Shown piece after piece: positions 19,108 to 27,376 of a stretch of 40,971 nt of DNA (position 1 is the stretch's first letter; the number at the start of each line of letters is the position of its first letter). The DNA lies in the IMG/VR virus record IMGVR_UViG_3300022178_002149, positions 1-40,971 of that record; one strand, given 5' to 3'. The notes beneath the pieces are model-generated. The model did no database searches, had not been told where the DNA came from, and saw nothing but the letters and a program-made list of their open reading frames with translations. The position numbers and the translations under genes are program-made. The stretch comes from a virus. Lineage: Duplodnaviria > Caudoviricetes.

Positions 19108-20415
19108 TTGCCTTACATAGGTAACATACCAGCAGAAAAATATGCGGCGTTTAATGTCCAGTACTTTACAACAAGTGCAACTGACACATATACATTAGAC
19201 CGTGCTGTAGCCAATGAACTAGACATCCGTTTAGTTATCAATAACGTAATTCAAGAACCAGGTGCTGGAAAAGCATACACAGCGTCAGGCACAACTTTAA
19301 CACTTTCAGCTGCAACGGCAGGATCAGACACGATGTACGCAGTGTATATTGGTAAAGCGGTACAAACCGTAAACCCAGGTGCAGGATCGGTTGGAACAAC
19401 AGCGCTTGCAGATAACGCCGTTACAGAAGCTAAACTTAATGTATCGAATTCCCCAACTAATGGTTACGTTCTTAGCGCCCAGTCAGGTGCAACAGGCGGA
19501 CTTACATGGGCTGCAGATGCAGCAGGTACAATCACAGCATTTACAAATGGTGTAGATAATAGATTAGTGACAGCAACCTCAGCAACAGCATTAAATGGAG
19601 AAGCCGATCTTACGTTTGACGGAACAAATTTAGATTTAGCTGACAATAAAAAATTAAGATTAGGAACTGGTAACGATTTTGAAATTTACCATGATGGCTC
19701 TAATAGTATTATACATGATGGTGGTACTGGAGATTTATTAATCAGAGCAGAAGATGATTTAAGATTACAAGATACAAGTGGTTATGATTATATTCATTGT
19801 AATACTGATAGCTCAGTAGAACTATATCACAATAAAGTTAAAAAATTAGAAACATCTTCTACTGGAGTTACTGTAACTGGAGATGTTACAGCAAGTAATA
19901 TAGGTAATTTTGTACGAACAGGAAATGTTGAAGGAACTGATTTAGGTATAAATAACTTTATGTCATCAAGTTACTATAATTATGTAGTATATGCTAGTAT
20001 CACTAATACTGCTACTGATAATACTTTTATTAATATGAGATTTCGTAATAGTTCTGGTGGAGTAGTTACAGCAAATCTTAATTATTCTTTTATTTATACT
20101 ATGGGTGATGGCTCAACTGATTATGATGTAATAAGTCAAAATACAGTTAGTGGTAATACTAACAGATTATCTGTTGGTGACGATCAAAACGAAACTTACA
20201 ATTATGTAATTCATATTACAAATCATCAAGGTAATAATTTCTTTTATAATTTTACTGCTACTACTGAGAATTGGACTAATGGGTGTTCTCAAAGCATAAA
20301 AGGTGGTGGTAAATTTTATTCAGATGGTACAAATATAACAGGAATTGATTTTCTGACAAATGCAGGAACAGCAGTAAGTGGTAAAATTGCTTGTTTTGCA
20401 ATTAAATCGAGTTAA
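19108..20415 (+). CDS. Tail fibre / receptor-binding protein
   Basis: TTG start with AAGGAGG RBS; MPYIG, NNVIQEP domain, IYHDGSNS repeats and an AT-rich C-terminal head. Confidence 0.7.
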   Translation: MPYIGNIPAEKYAAFNVQYFTTSATDTYTLDRAVANELDIRLVINNVIQEPGAGKAYTASGTTLTLSAATAGSDTMYAVYIGKAVQTVNPGAGSVGTTALADNAVTEAKLNVSNSPTNGYVLSAQSGATGGLTWAADAAGTITAFTNGVDNRLVTATSATALNGEADLTFDGTNLDLADNKKLRLGTGNDFEIYHDGSNSIIHDGGTGDLLIRAEDDLRLQDTSGYDYIHCNTDSSVELYHNKVKKLETSSTGVTVTGDVTASNIGNFVRTGNVEGTDLGINNFMSSSYYNYVVYASITNTATDNTFINMRFRNSSGGVVTANLNYSFIYTMGDGSTDYDVISQNTVSGNTNRLSVGDDQNETYNYVIHITNHQGNNFFYNFTATTENWTNGCSQSIKGGGKFYSDGTNITGIDFLTNAGTAVSGKIACFAIKSS

Positions 20416-20427
20416 TTAGGAAAATAT

Positions 20428-20700
20428 ATGAGCACAGTAATAGATAAAGAAATGAATGATGCTTGGTTAGCCGGTGGAAGAAAAGCACATAAATTAGAAT
20501 TAATAAGATTACATAGAAATCATTTATTAAAACGAACTGATATATATGCACTTGGAGATGTAACCATGAGTGATGAAATGAAAACTTATCGTGAAAATTT
20601 AAGAAATATTCCACAAACATTTACAACAGAAGCACAATTAGATGAACTAATGGCTAAAGATGAAAATGGATTAACACATTCAATTTGGAGTAAACCATAA
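20428..20700 (+). CDS. Tail fibre assembly chaperone-like protein
   Basis: IR..RN.LL..TD...D......YR..LR.IP motif. Confidence 0.75.
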   Translation: MSTVIDKEMNDAWLAGGRKAHKLELIRLHRNHLLKRTDIYALGDVTMSDEMKTYRENLRNIPQTFTTEAQLDELMAKDENGLTHSIWSKP

Positions 20701-21428
20701 TGGCACTAAGTAAAATAGATGTGAGCAAAATGATAACCGGTGTTACCCCATTAGCAAATGGTGGAACTGGTGGCACGTCAATACCAGCTACTAACCTAGC
20801 TTCAGGTGTAACGGGAACGTTGCCTGTTGGTAGTGGAGGTACTGGAATAGCGTCAGGAACCACGGGACAGTTTTTAAAATTTTCAGGAACTACTACTTTA
20901 GCTAGTGCAGCAGTTGCAACTATTGATGTAGCTGATCAATGGTATTTAAATGCAGCAACAAGTGCTGGTACAAATGGAATTGTTGGAGATAGTGGAGAAG
21001 CTGGAAGCACTTGGGTTAAATATAGTAATATGTTTTCTGATACTATGACAGTTACAACTGGAAGTGGGGGAGGTAAATTTACTTTTCCAAAAACAGGAAT
21101 TTATCAAGTTATGTTATCAGCAGAAAGTTATCATAATACAGATGATAATGATATGGGTATTGGTTTTGAAGTTACAACAAATGATTTTAGTGCCTCATCT
21201 GTAAGAGGATGGATGCGTTCAACTTTTAATGACACAGATGGTACTCCTAATGCTTATCATCAAACAACTGGCTCAACTTTAATAGATGTTACAGATACAG
21301 CTAATGTTAAATTTAGAATAAAACTAACAAGTGTTGCAACTAATAACTATCTTTATGGTGCAAATGGTACTGGTGGTGATGGTTATAACACTACGCATAT
21401 TGTAGTTTTAAGATTAGGAGACACGTAG
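20700..21428 (+). CDS. Short tail fibre protein
   Basis: VTG.LP...GGTG repeats; C-terminal ADQW...FTFP.TGIY...DVTDT...RLGDT domain. Confidence 0.7.
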   Translation: MALSKIDVSKMITGVTPLANGGTGGTSIPATNLASGVTGTLPVGSGGTGIASGTTGQFLKFSGTTTLASAAVATIDVADQWYLNAATSAGTNGIVGDSGEAGSTWVKYSNMFSDTMTVTTGSGGGKFTFPKTGIYQVMLSAESYHNTDDNDMGIGFEVTTNDFSASSVRGWMRSTFNDTDGTPNAYHQTTGSTLIDVTDTANVKFRIKLTSVATNNYLYGANGTGGDGYNTTHIVVLRLGDT

Positions 21429-21429
21429 A

Positions 21430-21879
21430 ATGCCATACGTAGGACGCGATTTAAGTATAGGGGATAGAAAGATACTGACGCCAACTGGTTCAACGCCGGC
21501 GACAACGTATACCTTACAAAATGCTTCTGTTGATTATTACCCAAGTGCAGCACAAAATATTATAGTGTCAGTTGGAGGAGTTATACAAGCACCTACAACA
21601 GCGTATACAATTTCAGGGGCTACGATAGACTTCTTAGGAGTATCTGTAGCGGCAGCGAATATTGACTTTATTGTTGCGATGGGTGAAGATGTTGATGTTG
21701 GTACACCGTCAGACGGAACCATAAGTGCAGCAAAATTGTCCTCGACTTTTTACGCAGAAAACCCTAAAACATACTCAGATATAACAATAAGTTCTGCTAG
21801 TAATGGCATGGCCGCTGGGCCAATAACTATTACTGGTACTTTAACAATTCCTTCGGGATCAACATTTACGGTAGTATAG
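21430..21879 (+). CDS. Tail fibre connector protein
   Basis: MPYVG and GGVIQAP domain shared with 19108; ends AGPITI...LTIPSGSTFTVV. Confidence 0.65.
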   Translation: MPYVGRDLSIGDRKILTPTGSTPATTYTLQNASVDYYPSAAQNIIVSVGGVIQAPTTAYTISGATIDFLGVSVAAANIDFIVAMGEDVDVGTPSDGTISAAKLSSTFYAENPKTYSDITISSASNGMAAGPITITGTLTIPSGSTFTVV

Positions 21880-22742
21880 TGAGCGAAATATTAGCAAATA
21901 AATTATCACCATCAACAGGAACTTCTGTTCAATTAGGGGACTCAGGCGATACGTTCAATATACCAGCAGGTGTAACATTAACAAATAGTGGAACAATGAA
22001 TGCTTCAGCGATTACAGCTGGAACATTGCCAATTGCACGTGGAGGTACAGGTTCATCATCAACAACATTTGTCAACGCAGCAACAAACATTACAGGTAAC
22101 CTACCCGTAGCAAATCTTAACGGTGGATCATCAGCTTCTTCAAGCACATTCTGGCGTGGCGATGGTGCCTGGGCAGCTCCTGGTGGTGGTGAGTATATAA
22201 AAATTGCAAATAATAATGGCACTAATAGTGTCGGAGCAGCATTTATTAATGATTGCTTTTCCACAACTTACAGAACATACGTAGTAACTTTTCAATTTGA
22301 AAATGACAGAAATGGAAATCAAATTTGGTTAAGATGGTTAGCTGATGATGATAGCAGTTTTAATAGTAATTATAGATATGCTGTTCATCAAACAAACGAT
22401 AGTGGCACAGAAAGTACAAGAGTAGCAACTAGCGATAGTAAATGGTTAATGGCTGGTGGTACTGCAGGAGGAAACACAGCAGTCTTTGGCGGTTGTTTTG
22501 GTTTTATGTATGTTCACAATCCTTACACAATAGCATCTGGTCAAGCAGGAGCAGGAAACAAATATCGTGTATGTTGGAATGCACACTACAATGAATACAC
22601 CGATAGTGGAGAAGTTGTTAATTCTACTGCTTCAGGAATGTTAGATCAAAATGATTACAATGTTGCAGGAATACAATTTATGCCTAGTGCAAATTATATA
22701 GCAAAAAGAAACGTAACTGTTTGGGGATTAAAAGAATATTAA
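21879..22742 (+). CDS. Short tail fibre / receptor-binding protein
   Basis: P.TGT...LG.SGDT..IP.GVTL.N.GT N-terminus, SSSTFWRGDG motif, and a C-terminal head similar to that of 19108. Confidence 0.7.
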   Translation: MSEILANKLSPSTGTSVQLGDSGDTFNIPAGVTLTNSGTMNASAITAGTLPIARGGTGSSSTTFVNAATNITGNLPVANLNGGSSASSSTFWRGDGAWAAPGGGEYIKIANNNGTNSVGAAFINDCFSTTYRTYVVTFQFENDRNGNQIWLRWLADDDSSFNSNYRYAVHQTNDSGTESTRVATSDSKWLMAGGTAGGNTAVFGGCFGFMYVHNPYTIASGQAGAGNKYRVCWNAHYNEYTDSGEVVNSTASGMLDQNDYNVAGIQFMPSANYIAKRNVTVWGLKEY

Positions 22743-22743
22743 T

Positions 22744-23073
22744 ATGACAAAAATTGCAGGATGGTCAAAAGAATTAGGTAATCACGAAAGAGATATGACT
22801 GCTACAGAACAAGCAGAATTTGACGCAAGACAAATTGAATGGAATAGTGATGCAGAAAAACTAAAAAGAATAAAAGAAATTAGACAAAAAAAACTTAACG
22901 AAACTGATTGGTGGGTATTTAGAGGAGAAATGACAGACGAACAAAAAGCATGGAGAAAATCTTTACGAGATATACCAACAACATTTTCTGCTAGTGATTA
23001 TGATGCTTTGCTAGAAATGGAAGGCGAAATACCTAACAGAAACTTAACACATTCAATATGGAGTAAACCATGA
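22744..23073 (+). CDS. Tail fibre assembly chaperone-like protein
   Basis: R...L.ETDWW...WR..LRDIP; ends LTHSIWSKP, as does 20428. Confidence 0.75.
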   Translation: MTKIAGWSKELGNHERDMTATEQAEFDARQIEWNSDAEKLKRIKEIRQKKLNETDWWVFRGEMTDEQKAWRKSLRDIPTTFSASDYDALLEMEGEIPNRNLTHSIWSKP

Positions 23074-23774
23074 GTAAAATATTTGTAGACCAGGTAGATC
23101 CAAAAACAGGTACCTCGTTAACACTTGGCACATCAGGCGATACGGTGAACATACCGTCAGGTGTTACATTAGCAAATGCAGGAACTATGACAGGAGTGCC
23201 AGCACCAACAAGTGGCGTTGCAGCTTCAGCTATTGATTCAGGAACTATTGCTACAGCTAGACTTGGTTCTGGCACAGCGTCATCTTCTACTTTTCTAAGA
23301 GGAGATCAAACGTATGCAGCAGCGGGTGGAGATATGACTCCTGCTTTTTTTGCTTGGAGAAATTCAAATCAAGGAACATCTGATAACACTTGGACAAGAG
23401 TAAATGCAGAAAACGAACTTTTTGATACAGATGGTGCTTATAATAATACAGAATGTTGGTTTAAACCTCAAACAGCAGGTAAATATTTTTTCTTTGCAGG
23501 AGTAATTACTACTGGAAATGGACCAGCTAGGATAGAATATTCACAAGCGTCATTTTATAAAAATGGCAGTAACGATTCTGAATTTGGTTATTTTGATTTT
23601 TCTAGTAATTTTATTTATGTTTCACAATTAAATGGCCATGCAGTAATAGATATGAATGGTAGTAGTGACTACGTTCAACTTTATACACTAACTCAAGTAT
23701 CAACTGGTAATCCAAGTATATTTGGAGCCAGTAATAAACCTACATATTTTGGAGCATACAAGATAATAACATGA
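23070..23774 (+). CDS. Fibre protein with C1q/TNF-like head
   Basis: PAFFA...FDTDGAY...F.PQTAGKYFF...GSSDYVQLY...FGAYKI. Confidence 0.7.
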   Translation: MSKIFVDQVDPKTGTSLTLGTSGDTVNIPSGVTLANAGTMTGVPAPTSGVAASAIDSGTIATARLGSGTASSSTFLRGDQTYAAAGGDMTPAFFAWRNSNQGTSDNTWTRVNAENELFDTDGAYNNTECWFKPQTAGKYFFFAGVITTGNGPARIEYSQASFYKNGSNDSEFGYFDFSSNFIYVSQLNGHAVIDMNGSSDYVQLYTLTQVSTGNPSIFGASNKPTYFGAYKIIT

Positions 23775-23798
23775 TAACAATTTTAAAAGGAGGTCTAT

Positions 23799-24134
23799 AT
23801 GGCAAGTCTATCAACTAAGGTAAAGCTTTACTGTGAAGCGAACAGCAAAACTGCTGATTTCGGTTCAGGAGGCAATGTATCTTTACAGGATGACTCGGAC
23901 GGTAATGGCCCGTACATAAAAGAATGGAACGTAACAGGATTGGCACAGCCAACTGACGCAGACTTAGCAACTTATGATGCGGCAGCAACTACCGACGAGA
24001 CAAACAACGCTGTAAGAAGTACAAGGAAAGCGGCTTATGGTGATATTGGCGATCAGCTTGATGAGATATTTAAGGATATTGACGCGTGGAAAACACGTAT
24101 TCAAGGGATCAAAGATGCAAACCCTAAATCGTAA
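23799..24134 (+). CDS. XkdW-like fibre-associated small protein
   Basis: LQDDSDG.GPYIKEWN...QPT...R..AY..IGDQLD...W...I..IK..NPK; RBS AAGGAGGT. Confidence 0.6.
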   Translation: MASLSTKVKLYCEANSKTADFGSGGNVSLQDDSDGNGPYIKEWNVTGLAQPTDADLATYDAAATTDETNNAVRSTRKAAYGDIGDQLDEIFKDIDAWKTRIQGIKDANPKS

Positions 24135-24145
24135 AGGATAAATAA

Positions 24146-24790
24146 ATGGCAAGTACTATACAAGTAGATAAGATTACTGATATTGGTGGTAACACCATGA
24201 TTGAAAGTAATGGATCAGGCACGTTTACTAATAGCCTGCCAGCACCGACAAGTGGAATTGCGGCATCTGCTATTGATTCAGGTACTATCGCAACAGCTAG
24301 ACTTGGATCAGGAACTGCAAGCTCAAGTACATTCTTACGAGGCGATCAAACATATGCTACGGCCGGTGGAGAGAATACCCCTTCGTTTCATGTTGTTAAA
24401 AATGGAGCACAATCTGTTAATAATACTACAGCAACTGCAGTAACTTCTTGGACAGAAACTTGGGACAGTGATAATACATTCGCAAGTAATAAATTTACGC
24501 CTGGAGTAGCTGGAAAGTATTTTATTTATTTTTCACTTGTTGTGGATCAACTTGATAATGGTACATATATTTGGACTCAAATTAGAAAAAATGGATCACT
24601 TTTACTTACGTGTCAACAAGGAGCAGGTGCAACAAGTTCATTAACATCAATGGCTGCAGGGCAAGTGGACTTAGGTGCTAGTGATTATATAGAATTTTAT
24701 TGTTATCACAATTCTGGAGCAGCAAGAAATGTAGCATCTGGAACTAATCCAGGTACTTTTGCAGGCGGATATAAGATAATAGGAGCATAA
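24146..24790 (+). CDS. Second fibre protein with C1q/TNF-like head
   Basis: PSF...WDSDN.F..NKFTP.VAGKYF...DYIEFY...F.GYKI; shares a 40-aa stalk with 23070. Confidence 0.7.
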   Translation: MASTIQVDKITDIGGNTMIESNGSGTFTNSLPAPTSGIAASAIDSGTIATARLGSGTASSSTFLRGDQTYATAGGENTPSFHVVKNGAQSVNNTTATAVTSWTETWDSDNTFASNKFTPGVAGKYFIYFSLVVDQLDNGTYIWTQIRKNGSLLLTCQQGAGATSSLTSMAAGQVDLGASDYIEFYCYHNSGAARNVASGTNPGTFAGGYKIIGA

Positions 24791-25540
24791 ATGACACTAA
24801 CAACAATTAACCTCACAGCTTTAGGACAAACAGTAAATTTAGGAACCGAAGTTACAGGCACATTACCCACGGGTAATGGTGGCACTGGCTCAACAGCAAC
24901 AACGTTTGTTAACGCAGCTACTAATGTGACTGGCACTTTACCTAGTGCAAATTTACCTACAGTTCCTGTTACTAAAGGTGGCACAGGATTAACGGCAGGA
25001 ACCACTGATCAATTTCTTAAATTTACAGGTACCACAACAGTCGCTAGTGCAGCTGTAGTAGCAGGTTTAGAAGAAGCTGACCAATGGAGAATTTCATCTG
25101 AATTTACTGGTGCGGCTAACCCTCCGACAAACTGGGAAAGAAATGATACTTATTCAGATAAAGTAGGAACAGGACTTAGTGTTAGTAATGGATATTTTTC
25201 ATTTCCATCTACAGGTATTTACTGGATAGATTTTAGACGATATGGATATTGTCCTAATAAAGCGGCAAACATTCACACAGTAATAAAATTTACACATAAT
25301 AATTCTAACTATACAACTGTTGGGTTAGGTTATGGTAGTACACAACCAAATTCGCAAGACCCTTCAAATAATGACCATTATAATTCGCATATAACTGCAA
25401 CTGTTGATGTTACAGATACATCACTTAATAAAGTGTATTTTGGTTTTTCACATTATGGAAGTGTAAGTAGTTTAACTTCAAGTGGAAATAGTGATGCAAA
25501 TTATTCTCATGTAACTTTTTTAAAACTAGGAGCAACATAA
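24791..25540 (+). CDS. Short tail fibre protein, paralogous to 20700
   Basis: VTGTLP..NGGTG repeats, QFLKF.GTTT.ASAAV, ADQW, FSFPSTGIY, VDVTDT, KLGAT. Confidence 0.7.
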   Translation: MTLTTINLTALGQTVNLGTEVTGTLPTGNGGTGSTATTFVNAATNVTGTLPSANLPTVPVTKGGTGLTAGTTDQFLKFTGTTTVASAAVVAGLEEADQWRISSEFTGAANPPTNWERNDTYSDKVGTGLSVSNGYFSFPSTGIYWIDFRRYGYCPNKAANIHTVIKFTHNNSNYTTVGLGYGSTQPNSQDPSNNDHYNSHITATVDVTDTSLNKVYFGFSHYGSVSSLTSSGNSDANYSHVTFLKLGAT

Positions 25541-25541
25541 A

Positions 25542-25763
25542 ATGCGACCAACTCATATTGAACAAGCATTAGCACAAATGCACGAAAACCAATGGTTTAC
25601 TTGGACAGATACATCAAACAAAATTTATGCAAATTTAAAACTATCTGACAAACTTGGTGTAGATGGAGAGTTAATAGATAATCCTCATTCTTTGCCAACT
25701 GAAGAAGAAGTAAATGCAAAATTAAAAGAAATGCAAGACGCGTGGGACGCGGCTAATACGTAA
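25542..25763 (+). CDS. Small fibre-associated protein
   Basis: RP.HIE.AL...QWF.W...K.YANL...PTE.E.NAKL..MQ.AWD. Confidence 0.65.
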   Translation: MRPTHIEQALAQMHENQWFTWTDTSNKIYANLKLSDKLGVDGELIDNPHSLPTEEEVNAKLKEMQDAWDAANT

Positions 25764-26275
25764 TGTTCTACGGCGCAGCAGCATATGCGACCGAAACATT
25801 TTCACAGGGTCCTTCATCATTTGGTAGCATAATTGTTGTACCTACAGGGGTACGCGCAACCTTTAACCTGGGCACAGTTACTGTTACAGGTAACAGTGTT
25901 ATTGATGATTTAGTAGGTGTACGTGCTACCTTTGCGGTAGGTGCATTAACAATTACAGGTGATGCAAACATTACCTTGGATGGTCAAAGAGCAACCTTTG
26001 GTTTAGGTACAGTCACAGTCAGTGGCGCTGCAAACGTTATTTTGACAGGAGTTCGCTCGACATTTGATGTCGGAGATGTTACAATAGAATCTAAATACGA
26101 CGTAACTGGTGTCAGAGCCACGTTCGCACAAGGATCTGTTACAGTAGTAGGTTCAGCTACAGTGACATTAGAAGGAGTGAGGGCAACCTTTGCAGTAGGG
26201 ACGCCTAAATTTACAATATGGAACGGTGTGGATGATTCTAACACAGACATCTGGACAGTGGTACCAACAGGTTAA
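25763..26275 (+). CDS. Beta-repeat virion protein (six GVRATF repeats)
   Basis: Six copies of G[VQ]R[AS]TFxxGx(V/L)T at about 20-23-aa spacing. Confidence 0.7.
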   Translation: MFYGAAAYATETFSQGPSSFGSIIVVPTGVRATFNLGTVTVTGNSVIDDLVGVRATFAVGALTITGDANITLDGQRATFGLGTVTVSGAANVILTGVRSTFDVGDVTIESKYDVTGVRATFAQGSVTVVGSATVTLEGVRATFAVGTPKFTIWNGVDDSNTDIWTVVPTG

Positions 26276-26283
26276 GGAGAAAA

Positions 26284-27369
26284 ATGGCAGACTCGAATAT
26301 AATTAAAGTAAATCTTCAGACTACTGGGTCTAACTCTGGTACTTGGGGTACAATAACAAACGAAAACTTAGAAAAAGTAGAAGAAACATTAAAAGGATTT
26401 ATTGCAGTACCTATTACAGGCGCAACGACTACCTTATCTAACCCTAGTGGTGGTAATGGTTTAGCTTCACAGACAGCGAAAATAACACTTAAACTTACAG
26501 GCACCCTCGGTGCAACAACTAGCGTTGAAACAGCTGCAAGTGTTGATAATTTTTATTTAGTAGAAGATGCAACAACAAGAGCCGGTAATACTTTATTATT
26601 TGGACCAGCTGGTGGAACAAAAGTAACACTAGTAGAAGGTGCAAAACATCTTATCTTTGTTGATGGTGGATCTAACACAGCTTTTGATGTCTTTAGCGAC
26701 ATGGGTAATGTTAAAGCTAACGGCACATTAGAAGCAACAGGCAATGTTACACTTAACGGTGGTGATCTTACTTTTAACGCAGCAGGCGCTAACAAAGATG
26801 CAACTTTTTCTGGTGTAACAGAAGCTAATTTATTTAAAGTAGATGCCAGCACCGACCGTGTAGGGGTTGCAACTAACTCACCCGCAACAACTTTAGAAGT
26901 AGCGGGCACGTTTAAAGCAACAGGCGCTGTAACTTTAACTTCTACTTTAGGAGTAACAGGATTAATAACTGCTTCTACTTTAACAGCGACAGGAAATGTA
27001 AATGTAGATGGAGGTAGTTTTACTTTTAATGAAACTGGAGCAGCTGTAGATGCAAGGTTTGAAGGAGATACTGATGTATCTCTTTTATTTACAGACGGTA
27101 GTGCTGATATTGTTGGTATTGGAACAGGTACACCTTCAGGTGCTAAATTAGAAATTAATCAAAATAATGCAGCTGGTGCAATAGCTTGTTTATCCTTGGA
27201 TCAAGATGATACAGATCAAGAATTTATTTATTTTGATGGGACATCTGCTGGAGATAGTACAAAAAGTTTATCTTCTTCAACAGCAACCGCAGGAACAAAG
27301 CAAGGAGCGATACGTATTAATGTAAATGGAACGGATCGTTGGATAAGATTTTACGATACAGCAGTATAG
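26284..27369 (+). CDS. Tail fibre / tail protein
   Basis: TG.NSGTWG.ITN.NL N-terminus; RVG(V/I).T..P...LEV repeats typical of fibres. Confidence 0.7.
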   Translation: MADSNIIKVNLQTTGSNSGTWGTITNENLEKVEETLKGFIAVPITGATTTLSNPSGGNGLASQTAKITLKLTGTLGATTSVETAASVDNFYLVEDATTRAGNTLLFGPAGGTKVTLVEGAKHLIFVDGGSNTAFDVFSDMGNVKANGTLEATGNVTLNGGDLTFNAAGANKDATFSGVTEANLFKVDASTDRVGVATNSPATTLEVAGTFKATGAVTLTSTLGVTGLITASTLTATGNVNVDGGSFTFNETGAAVDARFEGDTDVSLLFTDGSADIVGIGTGTPSGAKLEINQNNAAGAIACLSLDQDDTDQEFIYFDGTSAGDSTKSLSSSTATAGTKQGAIRINVNGTDRWIRFYDTAV

Positions 27370-27376
27370 GGTTTAA

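Noticed and set aside
23771-23818. 15-codon ORF MITILKGGLYGKSIN, similar to LEGGLYGKSV in ORF 7795
   Set aside because: This is simply the out-of-frame reading of an RBS plus start (GGAGGTCTATATGG). The match is most likely coincidence.
19108-25763. Diversity-generating retroelement or invertase shufflon acting on the fibre genes
   Set aside because: No reverse transcriptase or recombinase in the window. Repeat differences are synonymous rather than adenine-specific, and all cassettes face the same way.
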